A stretch of 64,000 bases of DNA from Actinomycetota bacterium (lineage in GTDB: Bacteria; Actinomycetota; Acidimicrobiia; IMCC26256; JAENVU01). Both the position numbers and the translations under genes were made by a program. This document shows positions 1-8,755 of this stretch, piece after piece. The DNA lies in NCBI GenBank assembly GCA_016870395.1, contig VGBT01000002.1:69680-133679 (forward strand), given 5' to 3'. Each line of letters begins with the position of its first letter. The stretch's first letter is position 1. The notes beneath the pieces were generated by a model that had not been told where the DNA came from, did no database searches, and worked only from the letters and a program-made list of their open reading frames with translations.

Positions 1-395
1 CCGAGTCGTGGCTCGGCCGAGACCTCACGGGATCGCTCGAGGCCATGGCCGAGCGCGTCGACAACGACGATTTCCGATGGGTCGTCCAGGCCATCGAGAT
101 TCATCGCCAAGTGGGTGGCGACTTGGTCGAGGTGCTCGACAACGTCGAAGCGACGATCCGCGATCGGAACCAGATCCGCCGCAACATCCGTGCCCTCAGC
201 GCGGAGGGCGTCCTGTCGGCGATCATCCTGTTCGTCCTGCCGTTCGCGATGGTCGTCGCGCTCCAGGTAGTCAACCCCGGCTACTTGCACGAGCTCACGT
301 CCTCGACGATCGGCTTGATGATGCTCGGCGGCGCAGGTGTGCTCATGCTCGTCGGCGGGCTCTGGCTGCGCCGGATCACCCGGCTCGTGTTTTAG
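1..395 (+). CDS. Type II secretion system F-family membrane protein, TadB-like; C-terminal part only (5' end lies left of the window)
   Basis: Frame 3 stays open from base 3 to TAG 393-395. The tail ...RNIRALSAEGVLSAIILFVLPFAMVVALQVVNPGY... resembles the last loop plus TM helices of GspF/TadB proteins. A second F-family paralog starts 9 nt downstream. Confidence 0.7.
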   Translation, partial: ESWLGRDLTGSLEAMAERVDNDDFRWVVQAIEIHRQVGGDLVEVLDNVEATIRDRNQIRRNIRALSAEGVLSAIILFVLPFAMVVALQVVNPGYLHELTSSTIGLMMLGGAGVLMLVGGLWLRRITRLVF

Positions 396-404
396 GAGGA
401 TCTG

Positions 405-1322
405 ATGCCACTCACCGTCTGGCTCGCTGCCCTCGCGGTCGCCGCGTCGATCCCCCTCGCGTGGTGGGCGGTCAGCGGCGGCCGCCTCCCGGCGCGCGCC
501 GTTCGCGCCAACCTCGGGCAGGGTCTCGGTCGGAGCATGGACCTGCGCGAGATCCAGCTCCAGTCGTCGGCGCGCGACCGGGTCGTGACTCCGTCGATGC
601 AATTGCTCGCGCGACGGGCACGCCGGATCACCCCGTCCGGGATCGTCGACCGCCTCGAGCAGCGCATCATGCTCGCGGGAGTGGGCGATCGGTGGCCGAT
701 CGAGCGGGCGCTGGCAACCAAGATGACGCTCGGGATCATCGGCGCGACCCTTGGAGCCCTCCTGTTCGCGGTCCAGCCCTCGTTGATCCGGCTGTTGTGC
801 TGGGCCGTGTTCACCCTGGGCGGCTACTTCGCGATCGACGCGATCCTCGACCGGCGCGCCCGGGACCGTCAGGCCCAGATCGGCAGGGCCCTTCCGGAGA
901 TGCTCGACCAGATCACCATCTGCGTGGAGTCCGGCCTTGGCTTCGAAGCCGCAGTCGCCAGGGCCGCCAAGGCCGACGGTCCGCTTGCCCGCGAGCTCGG
1001 CCGCACCCTGCAGGACGTTCAGATGGGGCTTGCGCGTACGCGTGCGCTCGAGCAGCTCCTCGAGCGCACCGACGTCCGGGAACTGCGCAGCTTCGTCCAC
1101 GCGTTCGCCCAGGCAGAGCGCTACGGCATCCCCATCGCGCAAGTGCTGCGCGTGCAGGCAGATGAAATGCGCGACAAGCGCCGACAACAGGCCGAGGAAC
1201 GGGCGACAAAGATGCCGGTGATTCTTGTCTTCCCCGTCGTGTTGTGCATCCTCCCCGCGATGTTGGTCGTAATCGCCGGACCTGCGGTGGTCCGCATCAG
1301 CCAGACCAGCTTCTGGGGGTGA
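405..1322 (+). CDS. Type II secretion system F-family protein, TadC-like (Flp/Tad pilus platform)
   Basis: 305-aa ORF with AGGAGG just upstream of the ATG. It has an N-terminal TM helix, a central soluble domain (LPEMLDQITICVESGLGFEAAV...) and a C-terminal TM pair, as is typical of GspF/TadC. Confidence 0.75.
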   Translation: MPLTVWLAALAVAASIPLAWWAVSGGRLPARAVRANLGQGLGRSMDLREIQLQSSARDRVVTPSMQLLARRARRITPSGIVDRLEQRIMLAGVGDRWPIERALATKMTLGIIGATLGALLFAVQPSLIRLLCWAVFTLGGYFAIDAILDRRARDRQAQIGRALPEMLDQITICVESGLGFEAAVARAAKADGPLARELGRTLQDVQMGLARTRALEQLLERTDVRELRSFVHAFAQAERYGIPIAQVLRVQADEMRDKRRQQAEERATKMPVILVFPVVLCILPAMLVVIAGPAVVRISQTSFWG

Positions 1323-1323
1323 C

Positions 1324-2322
1324 GTGACGCCCACGAACCATCCAACCGCTCCCGCTTTACAGGTCGAGACGGTGGCGGACCTCGTGCGACGCGTCGGCGG
1401 GGCGCGCTCTGACGGAGAATCTCGGCGCTGGGCAAGCGGATACGAGCCGCTCGACGACGTGCTCGGCGGTGGCTTCCGCCCCGGCGAGCTGACGCTGGTC
1501 GGGGGTCGCCCGGGCGTCGGCAAGACGGTGGCCGCGCTCCAATGGGCTCGCAACACCGCTCGCGCGGGCCGGCCCGTGCTCTACGTGTGCTATGAGCACG
1601 AGCCGGTCGACCTCATCGGTCGCCTGCTCGCGCTCGAGCTGGGCAGCTTGGCTCGCGCCGACGAGATCGCCGAGGTCACACGGCTGTGCCACCTCACCCA
1701 GGAGATGACACTCGGCGCGGTTCCGATTCACCGGCTGACCTCGGAGCCGCTGGGCGAGGAGGCCTACGGCCACCTCCGGCGCTACGGGCAGCTCCTGCGC
1801 ATCGTCGGGTCGACGACCGCACGCGTGGGAATTCGCGAGATAGCCGACCTCGTCGGCACCGAGTCCTCGATCGTCTTCGTCGACTACCTGCAGAAGGTCG
1901 CCCTCCCGCACGCGACCTCAGACGAGCTCGACCGCACGACGCGCATCGCGGAGTCGTTGAAGGAGCTCGCGATGCAGTTCGACGTCCCCGTGGTGGCGCT
2001 CGCCGCGGCAAACCGCGAAGGACTGACCGCCCGGCGGATGCGGATGCATCACCTCCGCGGGTCGACCGCGCTGGCCTACGAGCCCGACGTCGTGATCCTG
2101 ATGAACGAGAAATGCGTGGCCGTCAGCAAGGCGCACCTCGCATACGACCCGGTGCGCGCGGAGCGCTACCGCAACCAGGTCGTGTTCTCGGTAGAGAAGA
2201 ACCGTTCCGGGCCTGCGCCGGTGGACCTCGAGTTCAACAAGGACTTCGCCAGCTTCCGCTTCGACCCGTCGGGCGCGATCCTGGTCGAGAAGCTCGTCGA
2301 CGACGTGCTCTACGAGAAGTAG
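1324..2322 (+). CDS. RecA-fold ATPase with a DnaB-helicase C-terminal-like domain (no DnaB N-terminal domain)
   Basis: Walker A is GGRPGVGKT and the Walker B-like motif is IVFVDYLQK. The segment LKELAMQFDVPVVALAAANREG...HHLRGSTALAYEPDVVILM resembles DnaB_C/KaiC-type P-loop domains. The GTG start lies 1 nt after the tadC-like TGA. Confidence 0.65.
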   Translation: MTPTNHPTAPALQVETVADLVRRVGGARSDGESRRWASGYEPLDDVLGGGFRPGELTLVGGRPGVGKTVAALQWARNTARAGRPVLYVCYEHEPVDLIGRLLALELGSLARADEIAEVTRLCHLTQEMTLGAVPIHRLTSEPLGEEAYGHLRRYGQLLRIVGSTTARVGIREIADLVGTESSIVFVDYLQKVALPHATSDELDRTTRIAESLKELAMQFDVPVVALAAANREGLTARRMRMHHLRGSTALAYEPDVVILMNEKCVAVSKAHLAYDPVRAERYRNQVVFSVEKNRSGPAPVDLEFNKDFASFRFDPSGAILVEKLVDDVLYEK

Positions 2323-2329
2323 CCAGGTT

Positions 2330-2690
2330 CAGCCCGCTACCGGTCTCGCCGCGCGCCGGTGGGCACCCGAACGTCGCCGACGCACCAGCGACGATCCGGT
2401 CTGCGTTGAGGATCATGTCGGTGCCACCTGCGCCGCGCCAACCCTGCAACGCCGCCACGGCAGGCTTCGAGATCTCGTGCAGCGAGGCCCTCGGCCCGCA
2501 CCAGCACCACCCGAACCCCGGGATCGGCGTCTGCTGGTTCGAGGGCCGCATCCAGCTCGTTGCGCAGCTACGGAGTGATCGTGTTGTACTCGGCCGCACG
2601 GCACAGCACGAGATGACGGACCCCGCCGTCGTCTTCGATGGGGATCGCCCGCCCATCCACCACCTCGCGTTCTGCCCCGCTCGAGGCTAC
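2330..2690 (-). pseudogene. Relic of an enoyl-CoA hydratase/isomerase (crotonase) gene
   Basis: Minus-strand translation gives ...IEDDGGVRHLVLCRAAEYNTITP*LRNELDAALEPADADPGVRVVLVRAEG, with an in-frame TAG at fwd 2568-2570. After a frame change and loss of several tens of expected codons it reads KPAVAALQGWRGAGGTDMILNADRIVAGASATFGCPPARGETGSG, the crotonase oxyanion/GGG segment. There is no start codon and the C-terminal half is absent. Confidence 0.6.
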
Positions 2691-2692
2691 CC

Positions 2693-4141
2693 ATGACTGC
2701 ACGGGGCATCATGGGGACCATGACGACACTGCATCCCCTGCCCATCGGCGCCGAGCGTGTGACCACGGCCGACGAGATCGCGGTGCGCGCCCCGTACGAC
2801 GGTGCCGAGCTCGGGCGCGTTCCTGCGGCCGGGCCCTCCGAGGTCGACGCCGCGGTCGCCGCCGCTCGGCGGGCGATGCGCGAGCCACTCCCCGCGTACC
2901 GGCGAGCCGAGATCCTCGACGTCGCGGCCACCCGCCTGCAGCAGCGTCACGAGGAGATCGCCCGGTCGATCGCCGGTGAGGCCGCCAAGCCACTCAGGTC
3001 GGCACGGCTCGAGGCCGCGCGCGCCGTCGGCACGTTCCGGTTCGCTGCGGTGGAGGCCCGCACGCTCGCGGGCGACGTAATCGCGATGGACGGCAACGAC
3101 GCCGGCGCCGACAAGCTCGGCTTCACCCTGCGCGTGCCGATCGGCGTCGTCGGCGCGATCAGCCCGTTCAACTTCCCGCTCAACCTCGTCGCGCACAAGG
3201 TGGCACCCGCGATTGCCGCGGGCTGCCCGGTCGTCCTGAAGCCCGCGTCGCAGACCCCCCTCACCGCGCTCCTCCTGGCGCAGATCCTGCTCGACGAGTG
3301 CGAGTTGCCGCCGGGCTGGCTCAACGTCGTCACCGGCGGCGGCGGCACGGTCGGCAGCGCGCTGGTCGACCACGACGGTGTGGCAATGATCACGTTCACC
3401 GGATCACCGGAAGTGGGCTGGGCCATCAAGGCGCGTGCCCCCAAGAAGAAGGTCGGGCTCGAGCTCGGCAACAACGCGCCCGTCATCGTCGAGCCCGACG
3501 CCGACCTCGAGCTCGCGGCCACCAAGATCGTTACCGGCGGCTTCGGCTATTCGGGCCAGACGTGCATCTCGGTGCAGCGCGTGTACGCGCACGAGCTCGT
3601 GCGCGATGAGCTGACCGACCTTGTGGTGAGCAAGGTCGGTCGGCTCGTCGTCGGCGACCCGCTCGACGACGACACCGACGTCTCCGCGCTGATCGACGTC
3701 GCCGAGCGGGATCGGGTGACCGGCTGGGTGGACGAAGCGGTCGCGGGCGGTGCGAAGGTCGCGATCGGCGGGTCCGTCGCCGGGGGCGTGCTCGCCCCGA
3801 CGGTGCTGACCGGGGTGCTCCCCGAGATGCAGGTGTGCCGGGGCGAGGTGTTCGGTCCGGTCGTGGGCATCGCCGCCTACTCGACGCTCGACGAGGCGAT
3901 CGGCCTGTCGAACGACTCTTGCTACGGGTTGCAGGCCGCGATCTTCACCCGCGACCTCGGTGCCGCGCTCACCGCCGCGCGCTCGCTGGAGTTCGGTGGC
4001 GTCACGATCAATGAGATGCCGACCTTCCGGACCGACCAGATGCCGTACGGCGGGATCAAGGACTCGGGCAACACGCGGGAGGGCCCGCACTACGCGGTGC
4101 GGGAGATGACCGAGGAGCGCATGGTCGTCATCCAGCTCTAA
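2693..4141 (+). CDS. NAD(P)-dependent aldehyde dehydrogenase family protein
   Basis: 482 aa. ALDH motifs are present: FTGSPEVG, ELGNNAP (the ELGGxxP glutamate) and GQTCISVQRV (catalytic Cys). Length is typical. The exact start could be 2693, 2711 or 2720. Confidence 0.9.
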   Translation: MTARGIMGTMTTLHPLPIGAERVTTADEIAVRAPYDGAELGRVPAAGPSEVDAAVAAARRAMREPLPAYRRAEILDVAATRLQQRHEEIARSIAGEAAKPLRSARLEAARAVGTFRFAAVEARTLAGDVIAMDGNDAGADKLGFTLRVPIGVVGAISPFNFPLNLVAHKVAPAIAAGCPVVLKPASQTPLTALLLAQILLDECELPPGWLNVVTGGGGTVGSALVDHDGVAMITFTGSPEVGWAIKARAPKKKVGLELGNNAPVIVEPDADLELAATKIVTGGFGYSGQTCISVQRVYAHELVRDELTDLVVSKVGRLVVGDPLDDDTDVSALIDVAERDRVTGWVDEAVAGGAKVAIGGSVAGGVLAPTVLTGVLPEMQVCRGEVFGPVVGIAAYSTLDEAIGLSNDSCYGLQAAIFTRDLGAALTAARSLEFGGVTINEMPTFRTDQMPYGGIKDSGNTREGPHYAVREMTEERMVVIQL

Positions 4142-4170
4142 GGTTCGACGCAGCTTCGAGGGAGACGGTC

Positions 4171-4983
4171 ATGGGGGCACTGGACGGCAAGGTGGCGTTG
4201 ATCACGGGCGCAGCGTCGGGCATCGGGCGCGCCACCGCGAAGCTCTTCGCGCAGGAGGGCGCCAAGGTCTGCTGCGTGGACGTCGACGACGCGGGCGGTC
4301 AGGCAGTCGCCACCGCCGTCGACGGGAACTTCGTGCACGCCGACGCCGGCGAGCCCAGCGAGGTCGACCACGCGTTCGCGGAGGCTGAGCGCGCCTTCGG
4401 CGGCATCGACGTCGCGTTCCTCAACGCCGGGATCGCGATCGGCGTCGCAGACGTCACCACGCTCACCGACGACCTCTACCGCAGGATCATGCGGGTCAAC
4501 GTCGACGGCGTCGTCTGGGGAGCCCGCGCCGCCATCTCGGCGATGGAGCGCCGGGGCGGCGGCGCGATCGTCGCGACCAGCTCGCTCGCCGGGATCATCC
4601 CGTTCCCGCCCGACCCGGTCTACGACCTGTCGAAGCACGCCGTGGTCGGTTTCGTCCGCAGCGTCGCCCCAACCCTTATGACCAAGCACATCACCGCCAA
4701 CACGGTGAACCCCGGCCTGACCGACACCAACATCATGACGGCCGCGGTCAAAGCGGAGTTCGCCGCGGTGGACTTCCCGCTCATGCCGGCTACCCAGATC
4801 GCGGAAGCGGTCCTCGCCATCGTCACGGGCGGACGAACCGGTGAGTGCTGGGTGTGCCAGCCCGGTCGGGACACCGAGCCGTACCACTTCCACGACGTCC
4901 CCGGTCCCCGGGCGACGGGCACCGTCGGCCGCCGCCCCCCGACCACCCAAACCGATGGATGGGCGGCCGGGCGAGACAGGTAG
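4171..4983 (+). CDS. Short-chain dehydrogenase/reductase (SDR)
   Basis: The N-terminus KVALITGAASGIGRATA carries the TGxxxGxG motif, and the YDLSKHAV catalytic YxxxK is present. Confidence 0.9.
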   Translation: MGALDGKVALITGAASGIGRATAKLFAQEGAKVCCVDVDDAGGQAVATAVDGNFVHADAGEPSEVDHAFAEAERAFGGIDVAFLNAGIAIGVADVTTLTDDLYRRIMRVNVDGVVWGARAAISAMERRGGGAIVATSSLAGIIPFPPDPVYDLSKHAVVGFVRSVAPTLMTKHITANTVNPGLTDTNIMTAAVKAEFAAVDFPLMPATQIAEAVLAIVTGGRTGECWVCQPGRDTEPYHFHDVPGPRATGTVGRRPPTTQTDGWAAGRDR

Positions 4984-4992
4984 CCTGACGGG

Positions 4993-5499
4993 GTGACCGA
5001 CACCTCCCGACCCCTGGTTCCCGAGGTCGTGGGTGCTGCGCCCGAGCCCGACGGCGCCGAGCGCCCCGACGGCGGCGAGATCGTCGAGACCGCGGACGGT
5101 GAGCAGGTGTTGCGGCCCACGAAGCTCATCCGCATCGCGTCCATGGTTCGGACCATGCTCGAGGAGGTCCGGCGCGCGCCCCTCGACGACGCCGGTCGCC
5201 GCGCGCTGCGCGAGATCCACGAGCGGTCGCTGCACGAGCTCGAGAGCGTGCTCTCCCCCGAGCTCTGCCAGGAGCTGGCCGAGGTCGCGCTCCCGTTCTC
5301 GTCCGACACGCCGTCGGAGTCGGAGTTGCGCGTCGCACAGGCCCAGCTCGTCGGCTGGCTCGAGGGTCTCTTCCACGGGATCCAAGCCACGCTCTTCACC
5401 CAGCAGGCGATGGTCCAGCAGCAGCTCGAGGAGATGCGCGGTCGGCGCGCCATCGAGCCCGGCGCCACCGGCGACCGACCGCCCGGCGCGTACCTCTAG
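4993..5499 (+). CDS. bpa: Bacterial proteasome activator (Bpa/PafE, DUF2587 family)
   Basis: The core ...RIASMVRTMLEEVRRAPLDDAGRRALREIHERSLHELE...ELRVAQAQLVGWLEGLFHGIQATLFTQQ closely resembles the mycobacterial Rv3780 family as I recall it. The C-terminus is ...PGAYL, with a penultimate Tyr as in the GQYL docking motif. Confidence 0.8.
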   Translation: MTDTSRPLVPEVVGAAPEPDGAERPDGGEIVETADGEQVLRPTKLIRIASMVRTMLEEVRRAPLDDAGRRALREIHERSLHELESVLSPELCQELAEVALPFSSDTPSESELRVAQAQLVGWLEGLFHGIQATLFTQQAMVQQQLEEMRGRRAIEPGATGDRPPGAYL

Positions 5500-5508
5500 C
5501 ACCGAACG

Positions 5509-6873
5509 ATGACCGCAGCTCCCACGCCGCCCAAGCCCGGTTGGACTCCGCACGCGTGGCGCGCGCGCCCGAGTGCACAGCAGCCCGAGTGGCCCGACTG
5601 GGGCGAGCTCGACGCGGTGCTGGCCGAGCTCGCCCGGCTCCCGCCCCTCGTGTTCGCGGGCGAGGCCCGCACGCTCACAGAGTCGCTCGCGCTGGCCGCC
5701 GATGGCAGGGCCTTCCTCCTCCAGGCAGGTGACTGCGCCGAGTCGTTTGGCGCCTTCTCGGCCAACGCCATCCGCGACAAGCTGAAGATCATCCTGCAGA
5801 TGTCGGTCGTGCTCACCTACGGCGCCGGCGTGCCCACGATCAAAGTCGGGCGCATCGCGGGGCAGTTCGCCAAGCCGCGCTCATCGCCCATCGAGACACG
5901 CGACGGCGTCACGCTGCCTTCCTTCCGTGGCGACATGGTCAACGACATCGCCTTCGAGGCCGAGGCCCGCCGCCCCGACCCCCAACGACTGCTGCGCGGC
6001 TACCACCAGGCCGCAGCCACCCTGAATCTGTGGCGCGCGTTCACCAAGGGTGGGTTCGCCGACCTCTCTCGCGTGCACGCCTGGAACCAGGAGTTCGTCA
6101 CGGCCAGCCCCGAGGGGCGCCGCTACGAGGATCTGGCCAACGAGATCGAGCGCGCACTGCGCTTCATGTCGGCCTGCGGGATCGACCTCGACGCCGAGCT
6201 CCAGCTGCACCAGGTTGACGCGTACACGTCGCACGAAGCGCTGCTCCTCGGCTACGAGGAGGCACTGACCCGCCAGGACAGCCTCACCGGCGACTGGTAC
6301 GACTGCTCGGCACACCTCCTCTGGATCGGTGACCGCACGCGCCAGCTCGACGGCGCCCACGTCGAGTTCCTCTCCGGGGTGAAGAACCCGATCGGTGTGA
6401 AGCTCGGCCCCACGAGCGATCCCGACGAAGTGGCGGCGCTGTGCGAGCGCCTCGACCCCGATCGCAGACCCGGACGGCTCGCGCTGATCACACGCATGGG
6501 CAAGGACCTCGTCGCCGACCGGCTGCCGCCGCTGCTGACCAAGGTGTCGGAGGCCGGACACCCCGTCGTGTGGGCGTGCGACCCTATGCACGGCAACACC
6601 TTCTCGCACGCGAGCGGTCACAAGACCCGCCACTTCGACGACGTCATGGCTGAGCTACGCGACTTCTTCGCAGCCTGCGCAGACATCGGCGTCCGGCCGG
6701 GGGGCATGCACATCGAGCTCACCGGTGAAGACGTCACCGAGTGCCTCGGCGGCACGGAAGCCGTGCTCGACGCCGATCTCGAACAGCGCTACCAGACGAT
6801 GTGCGATCCGCGACTCAACGCCCGCCAGTCGCTTGACCTCGCCTTCCAGGCGGCGGAGCTCCTGCGCTCGTAG
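5509..6873 (+). CDS. aroG: Class II 3-deoxy-7-phosphoheptulonate (DAHP) synthase
   Basis: 454 aa. The N-terminus WRARPSAQQPEWPD...VFAGEARTL...FLLQAGDCAESF and the later GxxxKPRS and RMG segments are characteristic of class II (plant/actinobacterial type) DAHP synthases. Confidence 0.9.
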   Translation: MTAAPTPPKPGWTPHAWRARPSAQQPEWPDWGELDAVLAELARLPPLVFAGEARTLTESLALAADGRAFLLQAGDCAESFGAFSANAIRDKLKIILQMSVVLTYGAGVPTIKVGRIAGQFAKPRSSPIETRDGVTLPSFRGDMVNDIAFEAEARRPDPQRLLRGYHQAAATLNLWRAFTKGGFADLSRVHAWNQEFVTASPEGRRYEDLANEIERALRFMSACGIDLDAELQLHQVDAYTSHEALLLGYEEALTRQDSLTGDWYDCSAHLLWIGDRTRQLDGAHVEFLSGVKNPIGVKLGPTSDPDEVAALCERLDPDRRPGRLALITRMGKDLVADRLPPLLTKVSEAGHPVVWACDPMHGNTFSHASGHKTRHFDDVMAELRDFFAACADIGVRPGGMHIELTGEDVTECLGGTEAVLDADLEQRYQTMCDPRLNARQSLDLAFQAAELLRS

Positions 6874-6888
6874 CCGCGCGGGGCAAGG

Positions 6889-7767
6889 TCATCCGTCCGC
6901 GCGCTCCGGCGCGGCGCTCGGCGCGAACCCGATGTCCGTGGCGTGCTCTACGACGAACTCGCCGACCTGCTCCTCGACGTCCTCGTGGCGGGCGAACGCC
7001 GGCAGCAATACAAACGCACCGACCGCGCCGACGAGCGCTGCACCGGCGGCGGCGACCAGGCCGGCGTGCAGCCCGACGACGAACGCCGCCTTCGCGACCG
7101 ACGCGAGCTGTTCGCCGAGTGGCGAAGGCGCGGTCGCGGCCACCCCCAACGCGGCGCCCAGGGCGTCCTCCGCGACGGCCCTCACCTGCGCGGGCGCCGC
7201 CGCCCCGGGACCGGCGAAGAAGTCCGCGAGCCTCGGACCCTAGATCGACGACATCACCGAGCCGATCACCGCCACCCCGAGCGCCCCGCCGACCTGGCGC
7301 GTCATGTCGTTCACCGCCGAGCCCGCGCCGGCCTTGGCGAGGGGGGGCGATCCAATGATCGCCTCGGTCGCCGGGGCCATCACGAGGCCCTGGCCCAGCG
7401 CCATGAGGGCGAGCCGCCTAGACGCGAGGATCACGGGGTCGGTCCAGCCGTTCTGAGAACCCTCGATGATCCCGTAGAGCAGCGCGGTCAACCCCACGAT
7501 CGAGAGGACGGCGCCGATCGGGTCGAGCTTCGGCGCGCCCCGGCGCCCGAACCGGTCACCGAGGCTGCCGGCGGTGAGCAGCAGCCCGGCGAAGACGAGC
7601 GTGTACGCATCGACCATCCACTGCAGCTGGGCGGCGGTGGGCTCGAGCTGACGCGAGATCGTCGGGATCGGAACGTCGAGGATCGTGTTGTCGAGCACGA
7701 TCACGAGGAGGCTGAAGCACAGCGCTCCGACGATGGCCCAGCGCAGCTGATTCGCGTGCTCCTGGAC
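6889..7767 (-). pseudogene. Eroded MFS (DHA2/EmrB-QacA-like) transporter gene
   Basis: One reading frame, 6889-7767, is interrupted by an in-frame TAG (7240-7242). There is no plausible N-terminal start: a TGA lies at 7768-7770, directly before ...QEHANQLRWAIVGALCFSLLVIVLDNTILDVPIPTI. Only about 290 codons survive, against roughly 480-520 in the family as I recall it. Text jumps from TM1-3 to a TM7-like region to a TM11-14-like region imply internal deletions. Confidence 0.6.
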
Positions 7768-7817
7768 TCACTCCGAGAGGGTTATCGTCGCTCCAACGTA
7801 CGGCCGAAGGCGCGACA

Positions 7818-8714
7818 TCAGGACGCGCCGCGGATGGCTGCGAGCGCGGCGTCGCGGGCCGCGTCGCTCGCCGGCGCGAGCGGCAACCGCACGTCGGGGG
7901 TCGGGATGCGGCCCTGCGCGTGGAGAACGGCCTTGAAGACCGCGGGGTTGGGTTCGGCGAAGCAGGCCTGCACGACGGGGAGCAACGCCTCGGCGTGCGC
8001 GCGGCCGTCGTCGACCTTGCCCGCGAGCCCGCACTCGATCATCGCCACGAAGCGCTCGGTGCACACGTGCGCCGACGCGCAGATCGCTCCCGCCCCGCCC
8101 ATCAAAACGAGCGGGAACAGGAACGGGTCCTCGCCGCCGAGCACTGCGAAGCCCTGGGGAGCACCCGCGAGGAGCTGGAGGGTGTCGACGTCGAGCCCGG
8201 TCGACGCCTGCTTGATGCCCGCGATGTTGGGATGGGCCGCAGCCTCGATGACCCCGGCTGCGCTGAGGTGTCGACCGGTGCGCAACGCGATGTTGTAGAG
8301 CACGAGCGGCACCGGTGCCGCGTCGGCGACGGCCCGGAAGTGCGCCACGATCCCGGCCTCCGACGGACGCACGTAGTACGGCACCACGATGAGGACTCCC
8401 GAGAGCGCCGGCGTGCCTGCGAGGGCCTCCACCGCCGCGATCGTGGTCGCCGTGCTGTTGGTGCCGGCGCCCACGATCATCTGGGCGTCGCGCTCGACAC
8501 ACACCGCCGAACAGGCGGTGACGACCGCCTGCTTCTCCTCCGCACTCAACGCGCTCGCCTCACCGGTGGTCCCGAGCGGCACGATGCCAGTGGCACCGGC
8601 GTCGAGGTACTCGTGGCAGAGGCCGGTGACGGCGTCGAGCGCGACCGCGCCGTCGGCCGTGAAGGGGGTGACGAGGGGCAGGTACACGCCCCGGAGCTGC
8701 AGGTCGCTCGCCAT
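7818..8714 (-). CDS. Dihydrodipicolinate synthase/N-acetylneuraminate lyase family protein (DapA-like)
   Basis: 298 aa with VTPFT, GTTGE and YYVRPS motifs and the Schiff-base Lys context IAGIKQAS. True DapA and a paralog cannot be separated by eye. Confidence 0.85.
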   Translation of the reverse strand: MASDLQLRGVYLPLVTPFTADGAVALDAVTGLCHEYLDAGATGIVPLGTTGEASALSAEEKQAVVTACSAVCVERDAQMIVGAGTNSTATTIAAVEALAGTPALSGVLIVVPYYVRPSEAGIVAHFRAVADAAPVPLVLYNIALRTGRHLSAAGVIEAAAHPNIAGIKQASTGLDVDTLQLLAGAPQGFAVLGGEDPFLFPLVLMGGAGAICASAHVCTERFVAMIECGLAGKVDDGRAHAEALLPVVQACFAEPNPAVFKAVLHAQGRIPTPDVRLPLAPASDAARDAALAAIRGAS

Positions 8715-8755
8715 GAGACCCAGAGTACCGGCAGGCCTTCGGTAGTGTCGCTTCG

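Noticed and set aside
8-1165. 385-aa + strand ORF overlapping the tadB/tadC genes (and similar giant ORFs such as 4138-5553 -, 9621-11333 +, 17231-19105 +, 22358-24004 -, 30128-31369 -, 39552-41144 -, 57121-58620 -, 60826-62292 -)
   Set aside because: Their translations are Arg/Pro/Gly/Ala-rich low-complexity strings with no motifs. They lie in alternative frames or antisense to genes with clear family signatures. These are typical stop-poor shadow frames of very GC-rich DNA.
2568-7242. Possibility that in-frame TAG codons (2568-2570 and 7240-7242) signal stop-codon recoding (for example pyrrolysine or a reassigned amber)
   Set aside because: TAG is used as the normal terminator of many well-supported genes here (tadB-like, RecA-fold ATPase, SDR, bpa, aroG, vapC and others). 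Both TAG-containing genes also show deletions, frameshifts and missing starts, so decay is the simpler explanation.
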